Origin: Macrostomum lignano
Lineage: Eukaryota
Direction: 5' to 3'
Assembly: GCA_002269645.1 (NCBI GenBank)
Contig: NIVC01001427.1
Coordinates: 160,761 to 224,760 of the forward strand
DNA: 64,000 nt
The notes beneath the pieces are model-generated. The model had not been told where the DNA came from. It worked only from the letters and a program-made list of their open reading frames with translations, and searched no databases. Of the stretch, positions 40,055-52,906 are shown piece by piece. A program made the position numbers and the translations under genes. Each line of letters starts with the position of its first letter. Position 1 is the first letter of the stretch.

Positions 40055-40617
40055 ACAAAGCAACCCAGCCCTAAAAATAAGTGCTGCGCAAGAGTTGAAA
40101 ACAAATTCTAAAGATGCGCGCCTGCCTGACGCTCCCAACTCTGCCTCTCGTGTTTATAGCCCAGCCCTCTGTCCGCACTATAGCTTGGCCGACGATAAAG
40201 CATCGCCTTTTTTAACGAGTTTTTTTCGAGCTCTTCAGAGCTCTAGGGGCTCTGTTTGCTGTGACTACCTACGCTGGCACACTGTAGATAGCCTGCACTG
40301 CTCGGGCAATGGTGCTGCGCCAGGAGAGAGGCGAGCAGATTTGTCAGTAGGCATTGTGTAGCGAGCGCTGGGCCCGGCCCCACAAATGAGAGGGAAGGGT
40401 GTTGTGCTGCTTCGATGCATTCGGAGCCCAAGTGTGCATGGCAGCTGCAAAAACGCGTAAACACAAACAGACAAAAACTGCTTTTCGCAACTGGTACGGT
40501 ATATAAGGCTCATTTGAGCACTCGGCCCTGACAATCGGCTGCTTGGACAGGACAAACTCAACTCTACTGACATCTCAATTACCTAATAGAAGAAGACTAA
40601 CCAACTATAAACTTGAA

Positions 40618-41113
40618 ATGTCTTCCCAGAAAACAAAGAAGTCTGTCAAAGATCTCGACATGAACCGGCGAGATCCGCAGGACGTGAACATCCACCTGCA
40701 GGTGAGTGAATCGAGTCAAGCACGAGAATGATTAGAAATCCGAGGAGTGCAATAAATCACTGCCGATTTGCTCACACAAGGTGGAGTTCGATGACATCCT
40801 GGCCGAGCCCGAGGGCGCCTACTCAATCAACTGCGTCTGGCGCTGCTCATACCGCTGCTACGAGTGCTGGAAGAACTGCTGGTACCGGACCCTCACTCTG
40901 CTCTGCGGCTGCTGCATCGCCGCCATGTGGGGCTGCCACTTCGCCGAGTTGGCCTTCTGCCACGTCTGGTGCTGCACGCCGTACCTGAAGAGCTACATCA
41001 TGGACATCAAGATCATTCGCGAGATGAACGCGGCCTGCTACGACGCCTGCCTTGGCACCTGTTGCTCAGCCTGCGGCAACTGTTTCAGCAGAATCCGAGT
41101 GCAGCAGAACTGA
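40618..41113 (+). CDS. Caveolin, Cys-rich, paralog A (138 aa)
   Basis: Exons 40618-40701 and 40781-41113; RDPQDVNIHLQ-VEFDDILAEPEG matches the caveolin signature FEDVIAEP. Confidence 0.92.
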
Positions 41114-41629
41114 TGTTGGCGATCTCGTGAACAGTTTAACCAGTTCCAGCTGTCCCTCTTCTGTTATGGTGGGCAGTGAAAGCTCGAGACTGAAGGCTAA
41201 CCTGCGTATAGCTGGCATCCTAAAATACCTACTAACACTTTTCTATTACTTACTCTACAACAAGAAACTACGAGCGGATAATCATTTCTACGAATTTAAC
41301 CCTGTCTAGCGAGAAGTTGTGTACAAAACAATTTCAATTTGTTTTTATAAATATAGCTGGAACTATAGGCGATACTAACCGAATTATTATTTATATTATA
41401 TTACTTTAACTTATCCGAGGCAAGGTGAAATACATTGACTTTTTTGGGTGTATTAACCCGTGATCGCATCTTGTTGAAAACTTTCTGCAACTGCAACAGA
41501 GTATCACTTTAAGATCGCTCTCGTTTAGAAGGATGAATAAAACTTATTGATAGATTGAATTAAAATACTAAGATTTTATTAAGCGACTTGTAAATAACTC
41601 GTGGATCAAGGTCTCAATGCACATTGCCT

Positions 41630-43100
41630 CGACCCGGATCATCTGCAATGCACACTGCCTCAACCCGGATCATCTGCAATGCACACTGCCCCAACCCGGA
41701 TCATCTGCAATACACACTGCCCCAACCCCAATCACCTGCAATACACACTGCCTCAACCCGGATCATCTGCAATGCACACTGCCCCAACCCGGATCATCTG
41801 CAATGTACACTGCCCCAACCCGGATCATCTGCAATGTACACTGCCCCAACCCGGATCATCTGCAATGCACACTGCCCCAACCCGGATCATCTGCAATGCA
41901 CACTGCCCCAACCCGGATCATCTGCAATGCACACTGCCCCAACCCGGATCATCTGCAATGCACACTGCCCCAACCCGAATCATCTGCAGTGCACACTGCC
42001 CCAACCCGGATCATCTGCAATGCACACTGCCCCAACCCGGATCATCTGCAATGCACACTGCCCCAACCCGGATCATCTGCAATGTACACTGCCCCAACCC
42101 GAATCATCTGCAGTGCACACTGCCCCAACCCGGATCATCTGCAATGCACACTGCCCCAACCCGGATCATCTGCAATGTACACTGCCCCAACCCGGATCAT
42201 CTGCAATGTACACTGCCCCAACCCGGATCATCTGCAATGCACACTGCCCCAACCCGGATCATCTGCAATGCACACTGCCCCAACCCGGATCATCTGCAAT
42301 GCACACTGCCCCAACCCGGATCATCTGCAATGCACACTGCCCCAACCCGAATCATCTGCAGTGCACACTGCCCCAACCCGGATCATCTGCAATGCACACT
42401 GCCCCAACCCGGATCATCTGCAATGCACACTGCCCCAACCCGGATCATCTGCAATGTACACTGCCCCAACCCGAATCATCTGCAGTGCACACTGCCCCAA
42501 CCCGGATCATCTGCAATACACACTGCCCCAACCCGGATCATCTGCAATGCACACTGCCCCAACCCCAATCACCTGCAATGCACACTGCCCCAACCCGGAT
42601 CATCTGCAATGCACACTGCCCCAACCCGGATCATCTGCAATGTACACTGCCCCAACCCGGATCATCTGCAATGCACACTGCCCCAACCCGGATCATCTGC
42701 AATGTACACTGCCCCAACCCGGATCATCTGCATTGTACACTGCCCCAACCCGGATCATCTGCAATGCACACTGCCTCAACCCGGATCATCTGCAATGCAC
42801 ACTGCCCCAACCCGGATCATCTGCAATGCACACTGCCCCAACCCGGATCATCTGCAATGCACACTGCCTCAACCCGGATCATCTGCAATGCACACTGCCC
42901 CAACCCGGATCATCTGCAATGCACACTGCCCCAACCCGGATCATCTGCAATGTACACTGCCCCAACCCGGATCATCTGCATTGTACACTGCCCCAACCCG
43001 GATCATCTGCAATGCACACTGCCTCAACCCGGATCATCTGCAGTGCACACTGCCCCAACCCGAATCATCTGCAGTGCACACTGCCCCAACCCGAATCATC
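41630..43100. repeat. Minisatellite, 31-bp unit (ATGCACACTGCCCCAACCCGGATCATCTGCA)
   Basis: Stop-free in all three plus frames with 31-aa periodicity, which marks an array rather than a gene. Confidence 0.95.
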
Positions 43101-43439
43101 TAGATCGAGTGTTCAAATTTCAAAGCAAGCACCCTCTCTGAGCTTGCATGAAATTTAATGATACGTGAAGTACAAATTGCCGTACTTAGCTATAGGTTGG
43201 GTACTCGATCTTGAAAGTATAAAAAATTTATTTTGTGCACAGAAATCCGCTGGCTCAGAGTGCCACTAAAGCACGGGCGCGATTGTCAGGTGCAGATTAA
43301 GATGGCAGTAAAAAAACAATTTTTAAGAATAGATTTGAGAGATTTGGTCATTCGCGGTGCAGGCTATGCAGCTTATTTTAACAACAGCGGGTCAGCTGGA
43401 ATGTTCAATGGTGAATTTTGCACAAAACGTCAGAGACCA

Positions 43440-43918
43440 TCAGTTCTGCTGCACTCGGACTCTGCTCAAAAAGTTGCCGCAGGCTGAGCAACAGGTGCCA
43501 AGGCAGGCGTCGTAGCAGGCCGTGTTGATCTCGCGGACGATCTTGATGTTCATGATGTAGCTCTTCAGGTGCGGCGTGCAGCACCAGACGTGGCAGAAGG
43601 CCATCTCGGCGAAGTGGCAGCCCCACATGGCGGCGATGCAGCAGCCGCAGAGCAGAGTGAGGGTCCGGTACCAGCAGTTCTTCCAGCACTCGTAGCAGCG
43701 GTATGAGCAGCGCCAGATGCAGTCGATGGAATGCGCGCCCTCCGGCTCGGCGAGGACGTCATCGAATTCCACCTGCAATTGAAGCGTTTGTTAAACTGTT
43801 TGAGTCCAATAAATCTTTTGATACTCCCCCGATTTTCGCCACTCGCCTGCAGGTGGATGTTCACGTCCTGCGGATCCCGCCGGTCCATGTCGAGATTCTT
43901 CTTCTCCTTCGAAGACAT
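43440..43918 (-). CDS. Caveolin, Cys-rich, paralog B (134 aa)
   Basis: Exons 43847-43918 and 43440-43772; VEFDDVLAEPEG; intron reads CAG|GCGAGT...TTGCAG (GC-AG). Confidence 0.9.
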
Positions 43919-44494
43919 GCTGGAGTTTTGGGTAGCAGTTGTAAACTAACGAGCTTCTTCGGCGCTTTGAGCACTCGGTTTGAGAAGAGACTCGGTGCTC
44001 TGGCTGCTGAGTTTGTGCCCCCTAATATCATAGAAGAGCACACTCTGTCTTGCAAAGGAGTGGGGCAGGGCCAGAACTATTGTTTACCCCCAGCCTCCTG
44101 CTGTATCCATAGCAAAATAGTGCGGCTCAGTCGATGGGTAGGAGGCTCACGCAGCCTCACACTTCTCTTCTTTGCAACGCTCGCTCTCAAGCCAGTCTCA
44201 AGTCCCACGACCTCCTGCTATCACTTTTAGACGCTTTAGTAAAGAAAAAAACATTTTATTACTCTACAGCTGACAGGGTCGCCATTTTTTAATGCTCGGT
44301 GGCAAGAGCAGCGCGCAGTCTGCTCTCAGGCCAGCGGGTGGTCAGGAAAACTAGTCGCAAGATGAAGATGCTCGGTGCGCCCGAACTATACTGTAGATAC
44401 TGTACGAAGCACTCAAGTGCTCTTTCACATTCTAAACCAATTGTAAACAAGTTGTTATGCTTACCTGTAAGCTCCATTTTTCTGCTTCTTCATC

Positions 44495-44880
44495 AGTCTA
44501 CTTCTTCATCAATCTGCTTCTTCATTAATCTGCTTCTTCATTAATCTGCTTCTTCATTAATCTGCTTCTTCATCAATCTGCTTCTTCATCAATCTGCTTC
44601 TTCATCAATCTGCTTCTTCATCAATCTGCTTCTTCATCAATCTGCTTCTTCATCAATCTGCTTCTTCATCAATCTGCTTCTTCATTAATCTGCTTCTTCA
44701 TTAATCTGCTTCTTCATCAATCTGCTTCTTCATCAATCTGCTTCTTCATCAGTCTGCTTCTTCACCAATCTGCTTCTTCACCAGTCTGCTTCTTCACCAG
44801 TCTGCTTCTTCACCAGTCTGCTTCTTCACCAGTCTGCTTCTTCACCAGTCTGCTTCTTCACCAATCTGCTTCTTCATCAG
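44495..44880. repeat. Minisatellite, 16-bp unit (TCAATCTGCTTCTTCA)
   Basis: Tandem repeats. Confidence 0.95.
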
Positions 44881-45288
44881 TCTTGAACGGGCAAAGTCTA
44901 TGCCATGCTTTCTTAACCTCGCATATGTAGCAAATCTCGTTTTGTTTGACTAAAGACTCATTAAACTGTCAAAAGCGACACTGGTTTTATTGATCAAGGA
45001 GGGACTCCTCAAAGGTGCAAAGGCGCTCTGGTTTCCAATTAAAGACATTTATAAAGCACTGCATTCCAAAATCACAAATTAAGCCTAGCAAGAACGCAAT
45101 TGCAACAGATTGCAAATCTGGTGCTTTCGGCTGCGCACTAAGAATGAATTAAGTCCAAGTGTAATTGCTTTGATAAGGAAAGTAGTTAACTAAAGGCTAT
45201 AAAGCATTAGAGGTTGTTCGACTGGTTAATTTTATTTCTGAATAATGTATAGCTATAAAAACAGCCTGTTGTCAGGAGTGTCCGGCAT

Positions 45289-45714
45289 CTACCAGCCGTC
45301 AATGCAGCCCAAATTGCCAGCGTGCACGTCGTTCCTGGCGTTCTTATGCAGCACTTTGCCCTCCTCGTCAACCACCACCAGGCAGGGGATGCCGCTGACG
45401 CCGTACTGCTCGGAGAGGCCCTTGCGCTCCTCGGCGTCGAAGGGCACCACATAGTAGTCTCCGTGCAACTCTTTCATGTAGCTCCACATGGAGGCCTCGT
45501 CGTGGTCGCACGACACGAACACGCACTCCACGGCCTTGTTGGCAGCCTTGGCCTCGGCGTAGAACTTGGCCAGCACCGGGCTGAAGCTGCGGCAAGGCGG
45601 GCACCAGTGCGCGGAGAAGTACAGCATGATCTTCTTTCCCTGTAGCAGATCTTTGCCGGAGAATTCCTTCTTCTTCTTGTTCAGCAGCTTCAGGTCGATG
45701 GGCTTGATCGGCAT
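45289..45714 (-). CDS. Nucleoredoxin/tryparedoxin-like single-domain thioredoxin (141 aa)
   Basis: LYFSAHWCPPCRSF, ECVFVSCDHDE, YGVSGIPCLVVVD; acceptor-like CAG one base before the ATG. Confidence 0.92.
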   Translation of the reverse strand: MPIKPIDLKLLNKKKKEFSGKDLLQGKKIMLYFSAHWCPPCRSFSPVLAKFYAEAKAANKAVECVFVSCDHDEASMWSYMKELHGDYYVVPFDAEERKGLSEQYGVSGIPCLVVVDEEGKVLHKNARNDVHAGNLGCIDGW

Positions 45715-46229
45715 CCTGTTTGAGCGGATTTCCAAGCTTTTCAGGGAGGCAGGTCAGGAGCAGGAGAGATGCCAAGGCGGCTGTGTCCAGTCCCGACAGT
45801 TCAACAATATATTATGCCAGACAAGCGAGGGAAGAGTTGCCATTGGTAACAAACTGCCGAGAGGGGTATGCAGGCTGTACGCCAAATGTACATTTGGACT
45901 GATGGGGGAGAGGGGAGGGACAGAGAATGCAGAGTACGTACTGCAGTTTTCACGCACTCTGGTGTCGAGTGGCCTGCGCGCACTGGTCGGTCCAGTAGGG
46001 GGGGGGGGGTAGAATGAGCTGCAGTCTCATGGGAAGAGAATTTTTTCTCGTATCCCAAGAGAGAATCAAATCGATATTGCCAAAGCACGTCGCAATGCAC
46101 TGCAATACATGATTTTAACAAATGGAAAATTCCACAAAGCGACGTGGCTAGATCGTGTCGCCATCATGAGTCACTGAACAGGGATTTTTCAATTGCATGC
46201 GTTTGTGCAAAATGTTGCATGTACTTTTA

Positions 46230-47265
46230 ATCAACTTCGGCCCGACCACAGACTACAGAAACGAATTTATTCCCCACATGGGCCCGGCTATAACTATACT
46301 CGTAGAAATGTATTTATTCCCCACATAGTCCCGGTCATAGACTACAGAAACGAATTTATTCCCCACATGGGCCCGGCTATAACTATACTCGTAGAAATGT
46401 ATTTATTCCCCACATAGTCCCGGTCATAGACTACAGAAACGAATTTATTCCCCACATGGGCCCGGCTATAACTATACTCGTAGAAATGTATTTTTTCCCC
46501 ACATAGTCCCGGTCATAGACTACAGAAACGAATTTATTCCCCACAGTCCCGGCCATAGACTACAGAAACGAATTTATTCCCCACAGTCCCGGCCATAGAC
46601 TACAGAAACGAATTTATTCCCCACATAGGCCCGGCCATAGACTACAGAAACGAATTTATTCCCATCCCCACATTGGCCCGGCCATAGACTACAGAAACGA
46701 ATTTATTCCCCACATAGTCCCGGCCATAGACTACAGAAACTAATTTATTCCCCACATAGGCCCGGCCATAAACTACAGAAACTAATTTTTTCCCCACATA
46801 GTCCCGACCATAGACTACAGAAATGAATTTATTCCCCACATGGGCCCGGCCATAGACTACAGAAACTAATTTATTCCCCACATAGGCCCGGCCATAAACT
46901 ACAGAAATGAATTTATTACCCACATAGTCCCGGCCATAGACTACAGAAACTAATTTATTCCCCACATAGCCCCGGCCATAAACTACAGAAACGAATCTAT
47001 TCCCCACATAGTCCCGGCCATAGACTACAGAAACTAATTTATTCCCCACATAGTCCCGGCCATAGACTACAGAAACTAATTTATTCCCATCCCCACATAG
47101 TCCCGGCCATAGACTACGGAAACTAATTTATTCCCCACATAGCCCCGGCCATAGACTACAGAAACGAATTTATTCCCATCCCATAGTCCCGGCCATAGAC
47201 TACAGAAACGAATTTATTCCCCACATAGTCCCGGCCATAGACTACAGAAATGAATTTATTACTTA
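46230..47265. repeat. Minisatellite, 42-bp unit (CCCCACATAGTCCCGGCCATAGACTACAGAAACGAATTTATT)
   Basis: Tandem repeats with no unique spacers. Confidence 0.95.
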
Positions 47266-47750
47266 CATAGACCTGTGCATAGATTACAGAAAACAAATTT
47301 AATCTTTCTTTGGAATTGAATTTCAATCGAAGTTCTTGTACGGTTTAATTTAGAATTTAAATTTGTTTAAAATTCAGGGCGAAATGGTTTATTGCATAAC
47401 TAATGTGCCAGTATATATTAGCATTGTTCAAGCGACCTTCTACGAGATTCAATATATCGTAGAATCAATCAGGTTGGCTCGGAAGCAGCAACCGCACCGG
47501 AATGTTAACACATCGGGGACCTCCCTGAGACCCGGCGAGTTCAATGCTCCCCGATCATTGCCAAATAAATAACAAGGGCACTCGCCAGCCAAGACCGATT
47601 TAGGATTGAGAAATTCAGTCAAAACTAGCAATACAAATTGATTTAAAATTGCCAGTTCGGTAGCGCAGCTCGGTGTCAATATATTTAGGCTAGCAGAAAT
47701 GCTCAGGCTCGAGTAACGGTCGATCATCAAGAGGTCAGGCAATTCGCACT

Positions 47751-50700
47751 TCACCTGCCCCTGCCACCGCCGCCTTTCCGCTTGCCGCCCTTCCGGTTCG
47801 TCAGCTTGTTCCGCTCGCGAGTTATGCGCGCCTTCACAATCTGCTCCACGCTTTTGCGCTCCGACTGCTGCTGCCCACCTTTCTTTCCTGGGCGGCCGCC
47901 TGGCGTCGCTGCTGCTGCCGCCGCGGCCGCTGTAGGACCGTGCCGCTTTCGCTGCAGACCCAGGACGCGCATTCCGCCACGGCCACCGCCGCCTCCCCGA
48001 CCTTCTCCGTCGTTGCCGGCGCCGTCATCGTCAGCGCCGTCCTCGCCGCCGCCTCCCAGCGCCTCCGCATCGCCGCCGCCGATATCGGGGTTCCGCTTGC
48101 GCCACTTGGCGTAGCGGTCGGTCTTGTAGGAGGCCGGCACCAGCTGGCCGCTCTCCGTCCGCACCATCAGCCGCTTGGCCGCCGACGGGCCGCCGCCGGC
48201 CGCCGAATCTGCCGACACGAACTTCTTCCGCTTCCGGTCCCAGATCCGACCGCCGGCGCCCGGCGCCCGTCCGCCGCGGCGCATCTGGTCGGTCTCATCA
48301 GCCAGGATGTCCATACTGTGCCGCTGCAGGTCCTGCGCCAAGCCGCGCTCCGTCGCCGCCGTGGCCTCGTCGCGGGTGTACGGCATGAAGAAGCCGCCGG
48401 CGCCGCTGGCTTTGATGTCGCCGCTGTCGGCGCCGTCTGCGTTGGATCCCGTTGCGACCGCCGCCGCCTCCCGTTTGCCTCCGCCGCGCAGTGCGGCATC
48501 AAGCCAGCCGGCCGGCCGCTTCTGAGTCTTGGCCTGCAGATACAAAAATGCGATCAATACTACTCAAAACAGAAAGTAAGTAGTGTAGAAAAGATTTGAA
48601 ATACTGATAAACACCGCGGCCCTCACCTTTTCAATGACTCGACGATTCTTTTGCCGGAATTTTTGCATCACCTCGGCAACAGCGGCCGGCGCGTTCTTCG
48701 TCTCGAACACCGTGGCCCGGGCTCGGTAAGCTCTGCGGGGCGGGCTCTGCTTCGTTAATAGTGCCGGACACTCACTCTGACACTGACGGACACTCACCCC
48801 ACTGGCCGGACGCTCACTCTGACACTGGCCGGACACTCGCCATGACACTGCCGGACACTCACCCAGACACTGGCCTGACACTCACCCAGACACTGGCCGC
48901 ACACTCACCCAGACACTGGCCGGACACTAACCCAGACACTGGCCGGACACTCACCCAGACACTGGCCGGACACTTACCCAGACACTGGCCGCACACTCAC
49001 CCAGACACTGGCCGGAAACTCACCCAGACACTGGCCGGACACTCACCCAGACACTGGCCGGAAACTCACCCAGACACTGGCCGGACACTCACCCAGACAC
49101 TGGCCGGACACTAACCCAGACACTGGCCGGACACTCACCCAGACACTGGCCGGACACTAACCCAGACACTGGCCGGACACTCACCCAGACACTAGCCGGA
49201 AACTCACCCAGACACTGGCCGGACACTCACCCAGACACTGGCCGGACACTCACCCAGACACTGGCCGGACACTCACCCAGACACTAGCCGGAAACTCACC
49301 CAGACACTGGCCGGACACTCACCCAGACACTGGCCGGACACTCACCCAGACACTGGCCGGACACTCACCCAGACACTGGCCGGAAACTCACCCAGACACT
49401 GGCCGGACACTCACCCAGACACTGGCCGGACACTAACCCAGACACTGGCCGGACACTAACCCAGACACTGGCCGGACACTCACCCAGACACTAGCCGGAA
49501 ACTCACCCAGACACTGGCCGGACACTCACCCAGACACTGGCCGGACACTCACCCAGACACTGGCCGGACACTCACCCAGACACTAGCCGGAAACTCACCC
49601 AGACACTGGCCGGACACTCACCCAGACACTGGCCGGACACTCACCCAGACACTGGCCGGACACTCACCCAGACACTGGCCGGACACTCACCCAGACACTG
49701 GCCGGACACTCACCCAGACACTGGCCGGACACTCACCCCGACACCGTTCTGAAAGCCCGCAGCTCACCTGATCTGCTTAAGCACATCATCCTTGGCGCTG
49801 GTTAGCTCCGCAAACATCGGGTGCGGCTGCAGGTCGAGCTGGCCGGTCCGTCGGGCCTCCTTGCACTTGGCCACCGCCTGCCGGCTGGCGCCCGGCCTTG
49901 ACCGGACATAGTGCTCCATGGCGCGCTTGGCGCAATCCAGCTGGGCGCGCAAATCGGCGCTGATGTCGTGTCGATGCCGGCACCAATCAGCGAATTCTTC
50001 CACGGCGGCGGCGGGCACGCAGCCGACCAGGTCGCCGGGTTCGTCCGGCTGAACCGGCGGTTCGCCCGGCGCCGCGCGGAGGTAGCGAAGGCGCCTGGCG
50101 CCGAGGAACAACTCAAGGTCGAACAGGTAGGCCAGCTCGTCCGGCGCCAGCAGCGACACGGCGCGGCCCGGCCGGCCGGCTCGAGCAACCCGGCCAACCC
50201 GGTGGACGAAGAGCTTCTCCCTGGGCGGGAAGTGAAAATTCACGACGTTGTTGAGGCGCGGCAGGTCGAGGCCGCGGGCGGCCAGGTCGGTGGTGACAAG
50301 GACGTGCCGCTCGCCGCACCGGAAGTTGGCAGCGTGAATCCGACGGGCCGCCGGGTCCAGGGAGGAGTACAGGTAGGTCACCGAGATGCTGGCGTCCTGG
50401 GATAGCACCTGGGGGGTGCGGGGTGTTGAGCTGGTGCTTGAGCACTTTTATCATAGGCAAATGTGAGACGAAATTGATCAATAAAAAGCCTGAGAGATCC
50501 TTGCTAATTGCCAGCACATTAAAAATCCCAGATCGCGAACCTGATACAGCCACTCCACGTGGTGCTTAGTGGCCACGAACACAATGGTGAGCTCCTGGCC
50601 CTTCAGCGCCGTGTGCAGCAGGTGCAGCAGCACCGGCAGTTTGTCTTCGTCGCGGCAAAGCAGGAAGCTGGCGGTCAGCTGGTCGGACAGCTTGGCGTCC

Positions 50701-52245
50701 AGGTCCAGACGGACCAGCAGGGGGTCGGACAGGCCGGCCCTGGCGAACTCGGCCACCGACTGCGGCAGGGTGGCGCTGAACAGCAGCGTCTGGCGCTGGG
50801 TTGGCAGCCGGCTGAGCAGCAGCTGCAGCTGCTCCTGGAAGCCCAGCTCGAATAGGCGGTCGCATTCGTCCAGCACCAGGATCTCCACCTTGCTCAGCCT
50901 GCGGTCGGGCGGGGGCGGGATTTGAGTTGGGACTTGTAGTGGGATTCCTACCTTAGGGATTGGGATTCTCACCATAGGGATTTGGATTCTTACCTTAGGG
51001 ATTGGGATTCTTTCCTTAGGGATTGGGATTCTCACCATAGGGATTGGGATTCTTACCTTAGGGATTGGGATTCTTACCTTAGGGATTGGGATTCTTACCT
51101 TAGGGATTGGGATTCTTACCCGATGGATTGGGATTCTCACCATAAGAATTGGGATTCTTACCATAGGGATTAGGATTCTACAATAGGGTTTGGGATTCTT
51201 AACTTAGGGATCAAGATTTTACAATAGGGATTCGGATTCTTTCTCCCCTTAGAGATAGGGATTCTTACTATAGGCATTGGGATTCTTACCTTAGGGATTG
51301 GGATTCTTTCCTTAGGGATTGGGATTCTCACCATAGGGATTGGGATTCTTACCTTAGGGATTGGGATTCTTACCTTAGGGATTGGGATTCTCACCATAGG
51401 GATTGGGATTCTTACCTTAGGGATTGGGATTCTTACCCGATGGATTGGGATTCTCACCATAAGAATTGGTATTCTTACCATAGGGATTAGGATTCTACAA
51501 TAGGGTTTGGGATTCTTAACTTAGGGATCAAGATTCTACAATAGGGATTCGGATTCTTTCTCCCCTTAGAGATAGGGATTCTTACTATAGGCATTGGGAT
51601 TCTTAACTTAGGGATTAGGATTCTACACTAGGAATTGGGATTCTCCCCTTAGAGATAGGGATTCTTACTATAGGAGTTGGGATTCCTAAATTACTTTAGA
51701 CATAAACAAAACCTGAGCAGGTCTCACTTGGCGTCCATCTCAGTGAGCAGGTGCAGCAGCCGGCCCGGACAGGCCACAACAATGTCCGGGTTGCTGTGCA
51801 GGGCGCTGAACTGCCGCTCCATGCTGTCGCCGCCCAGCACCAGAGCCACGGTGAGGTCGGTGAAGCGGCCCAGGGCCCGGCAGAAGTCCAGAGTCTGCAG
51901 CGCGAGCTCCCGGGTCGGGCTGAGCACCAGAGCTCGGGCGCCGTTGCACTGGTGAGCCCGCAGGCGCTCCAGCAGCGGCACCAGGAAGGCGGCGGTCTTG
52001 CCAGAGCCGGTGCGCGCCATGGCGACGACATCCCTGCCGGCCAGGATGTGCGGCATGGTCTTGCGCTGGATCGGGGTGGGCACCCGGTAGCCTTTGCGCA
52101 CGATGCCTTTGTACACTGGCGCCGACAGGCCCAGCGACTGGAAGCCACCGGACTTCCGCTGCTTCCGGTTCCGGCTGGCGATGGCCGAGCGGGACTCCGC
52201 CCGCTCCGCCGACAAGGCGGCGTCCTCAACGACTGCCGGGGTCGA
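47751..52245 (-). CDS. DDX54: ATP-dependent RNA helicase DDX54/DBP10 (no genomic start codon found)
   Basis: In-frame exons 51728-52245, 50541-50898, 49768-50408, 48627-48732, 47751-48533 (801 codons plus stop). [65 protein letters not shown]-terminal [20 protein letters not shown]. Confidence 0.95.
48765..49740. repeat. Intronic minisatellite, 23-bp unit (CACTCACCCAGACACTGGCCGGA)
   Basis: About 40 units in DDX54 intron 3. Confidence 0.95.
50945..51685. repeat. Intronic minisatellite, 21-bp unit (GGGATTGGGATTCTTACCTTA)
   Basis: DDX54 intron 1. Confidence 0.92.
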
Positions 52246-52284
52246 CTGCGGGCGGCGGTAAAGTGCATCGATAACCCAGCAGGG

Positions 52285-52555
52285 AGTTGGGGTAATCCAG
52301 TAGTGGGTTAGAGTAATCCGCAAGGGGGTTGGGGTAATCCGGAAGGGGGTTGGGGTAATCTAGTGGGGGGTTGGGGTAATCCAGTGGGTGGGTTGGGGTA
52401 ATCCGGAAGGGGGTTGGGGTAATCCGCAAGGGGGTTGGGGTAATCCACAAGGGGGTTGGGGTAATCTAGTGGGTGGGTTGGGGTAATCCGGTAGGGGGTT
52501 GGGGTAATCCGCAAGGGGGTTGGGGTAATCCGGCAGGGGGTTGGGGTAATCCGGA
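52285..52555. repeat. Minisatellite, 21-bp unit (GGGGGTTGGGGTAATCCGGAA), between NBS1 and DDX54
   Basis: Tandem repeats, G-rich on the plus strand. Confidence 0.92.
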
Positions 52556-52906
52556 AGAGATTGAGAATTGGGGCACTAGGAACAATCCTAATGGCACGCA
52601 AGACCATCAGTGGTTAATGAAACCACTAAAGGATTAAGACAGCAATAAAAAGTCCAATTAAAGCAGCAAACAGCTGACTAAACAGCAACGGTAACTCTTG
52701 AATAAGACCTAAGATTCACGGGTTTATTGAATTACTCGCAAAGCATACATTAGTACAAAAATAGACCAAGTAAAAATGCAGCTGCGCTTATAAATTGAAG
52801 CGAAAAACAGACGAGCAAAAATGTAAATTGCAAAAGAAACAAAAATGCAGGGGGCTGACAGACCCCCTTAAAAATAATATAAATACAGATAGAGAGCGGC
52901 AGGTGG

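Noticed and set aside
41601-43158. Three ~500-aa Cys/His-rich ORFs
   Set aside because: All are read-throughs of a stop-free 31-bp tandem unit, open in all three frames.
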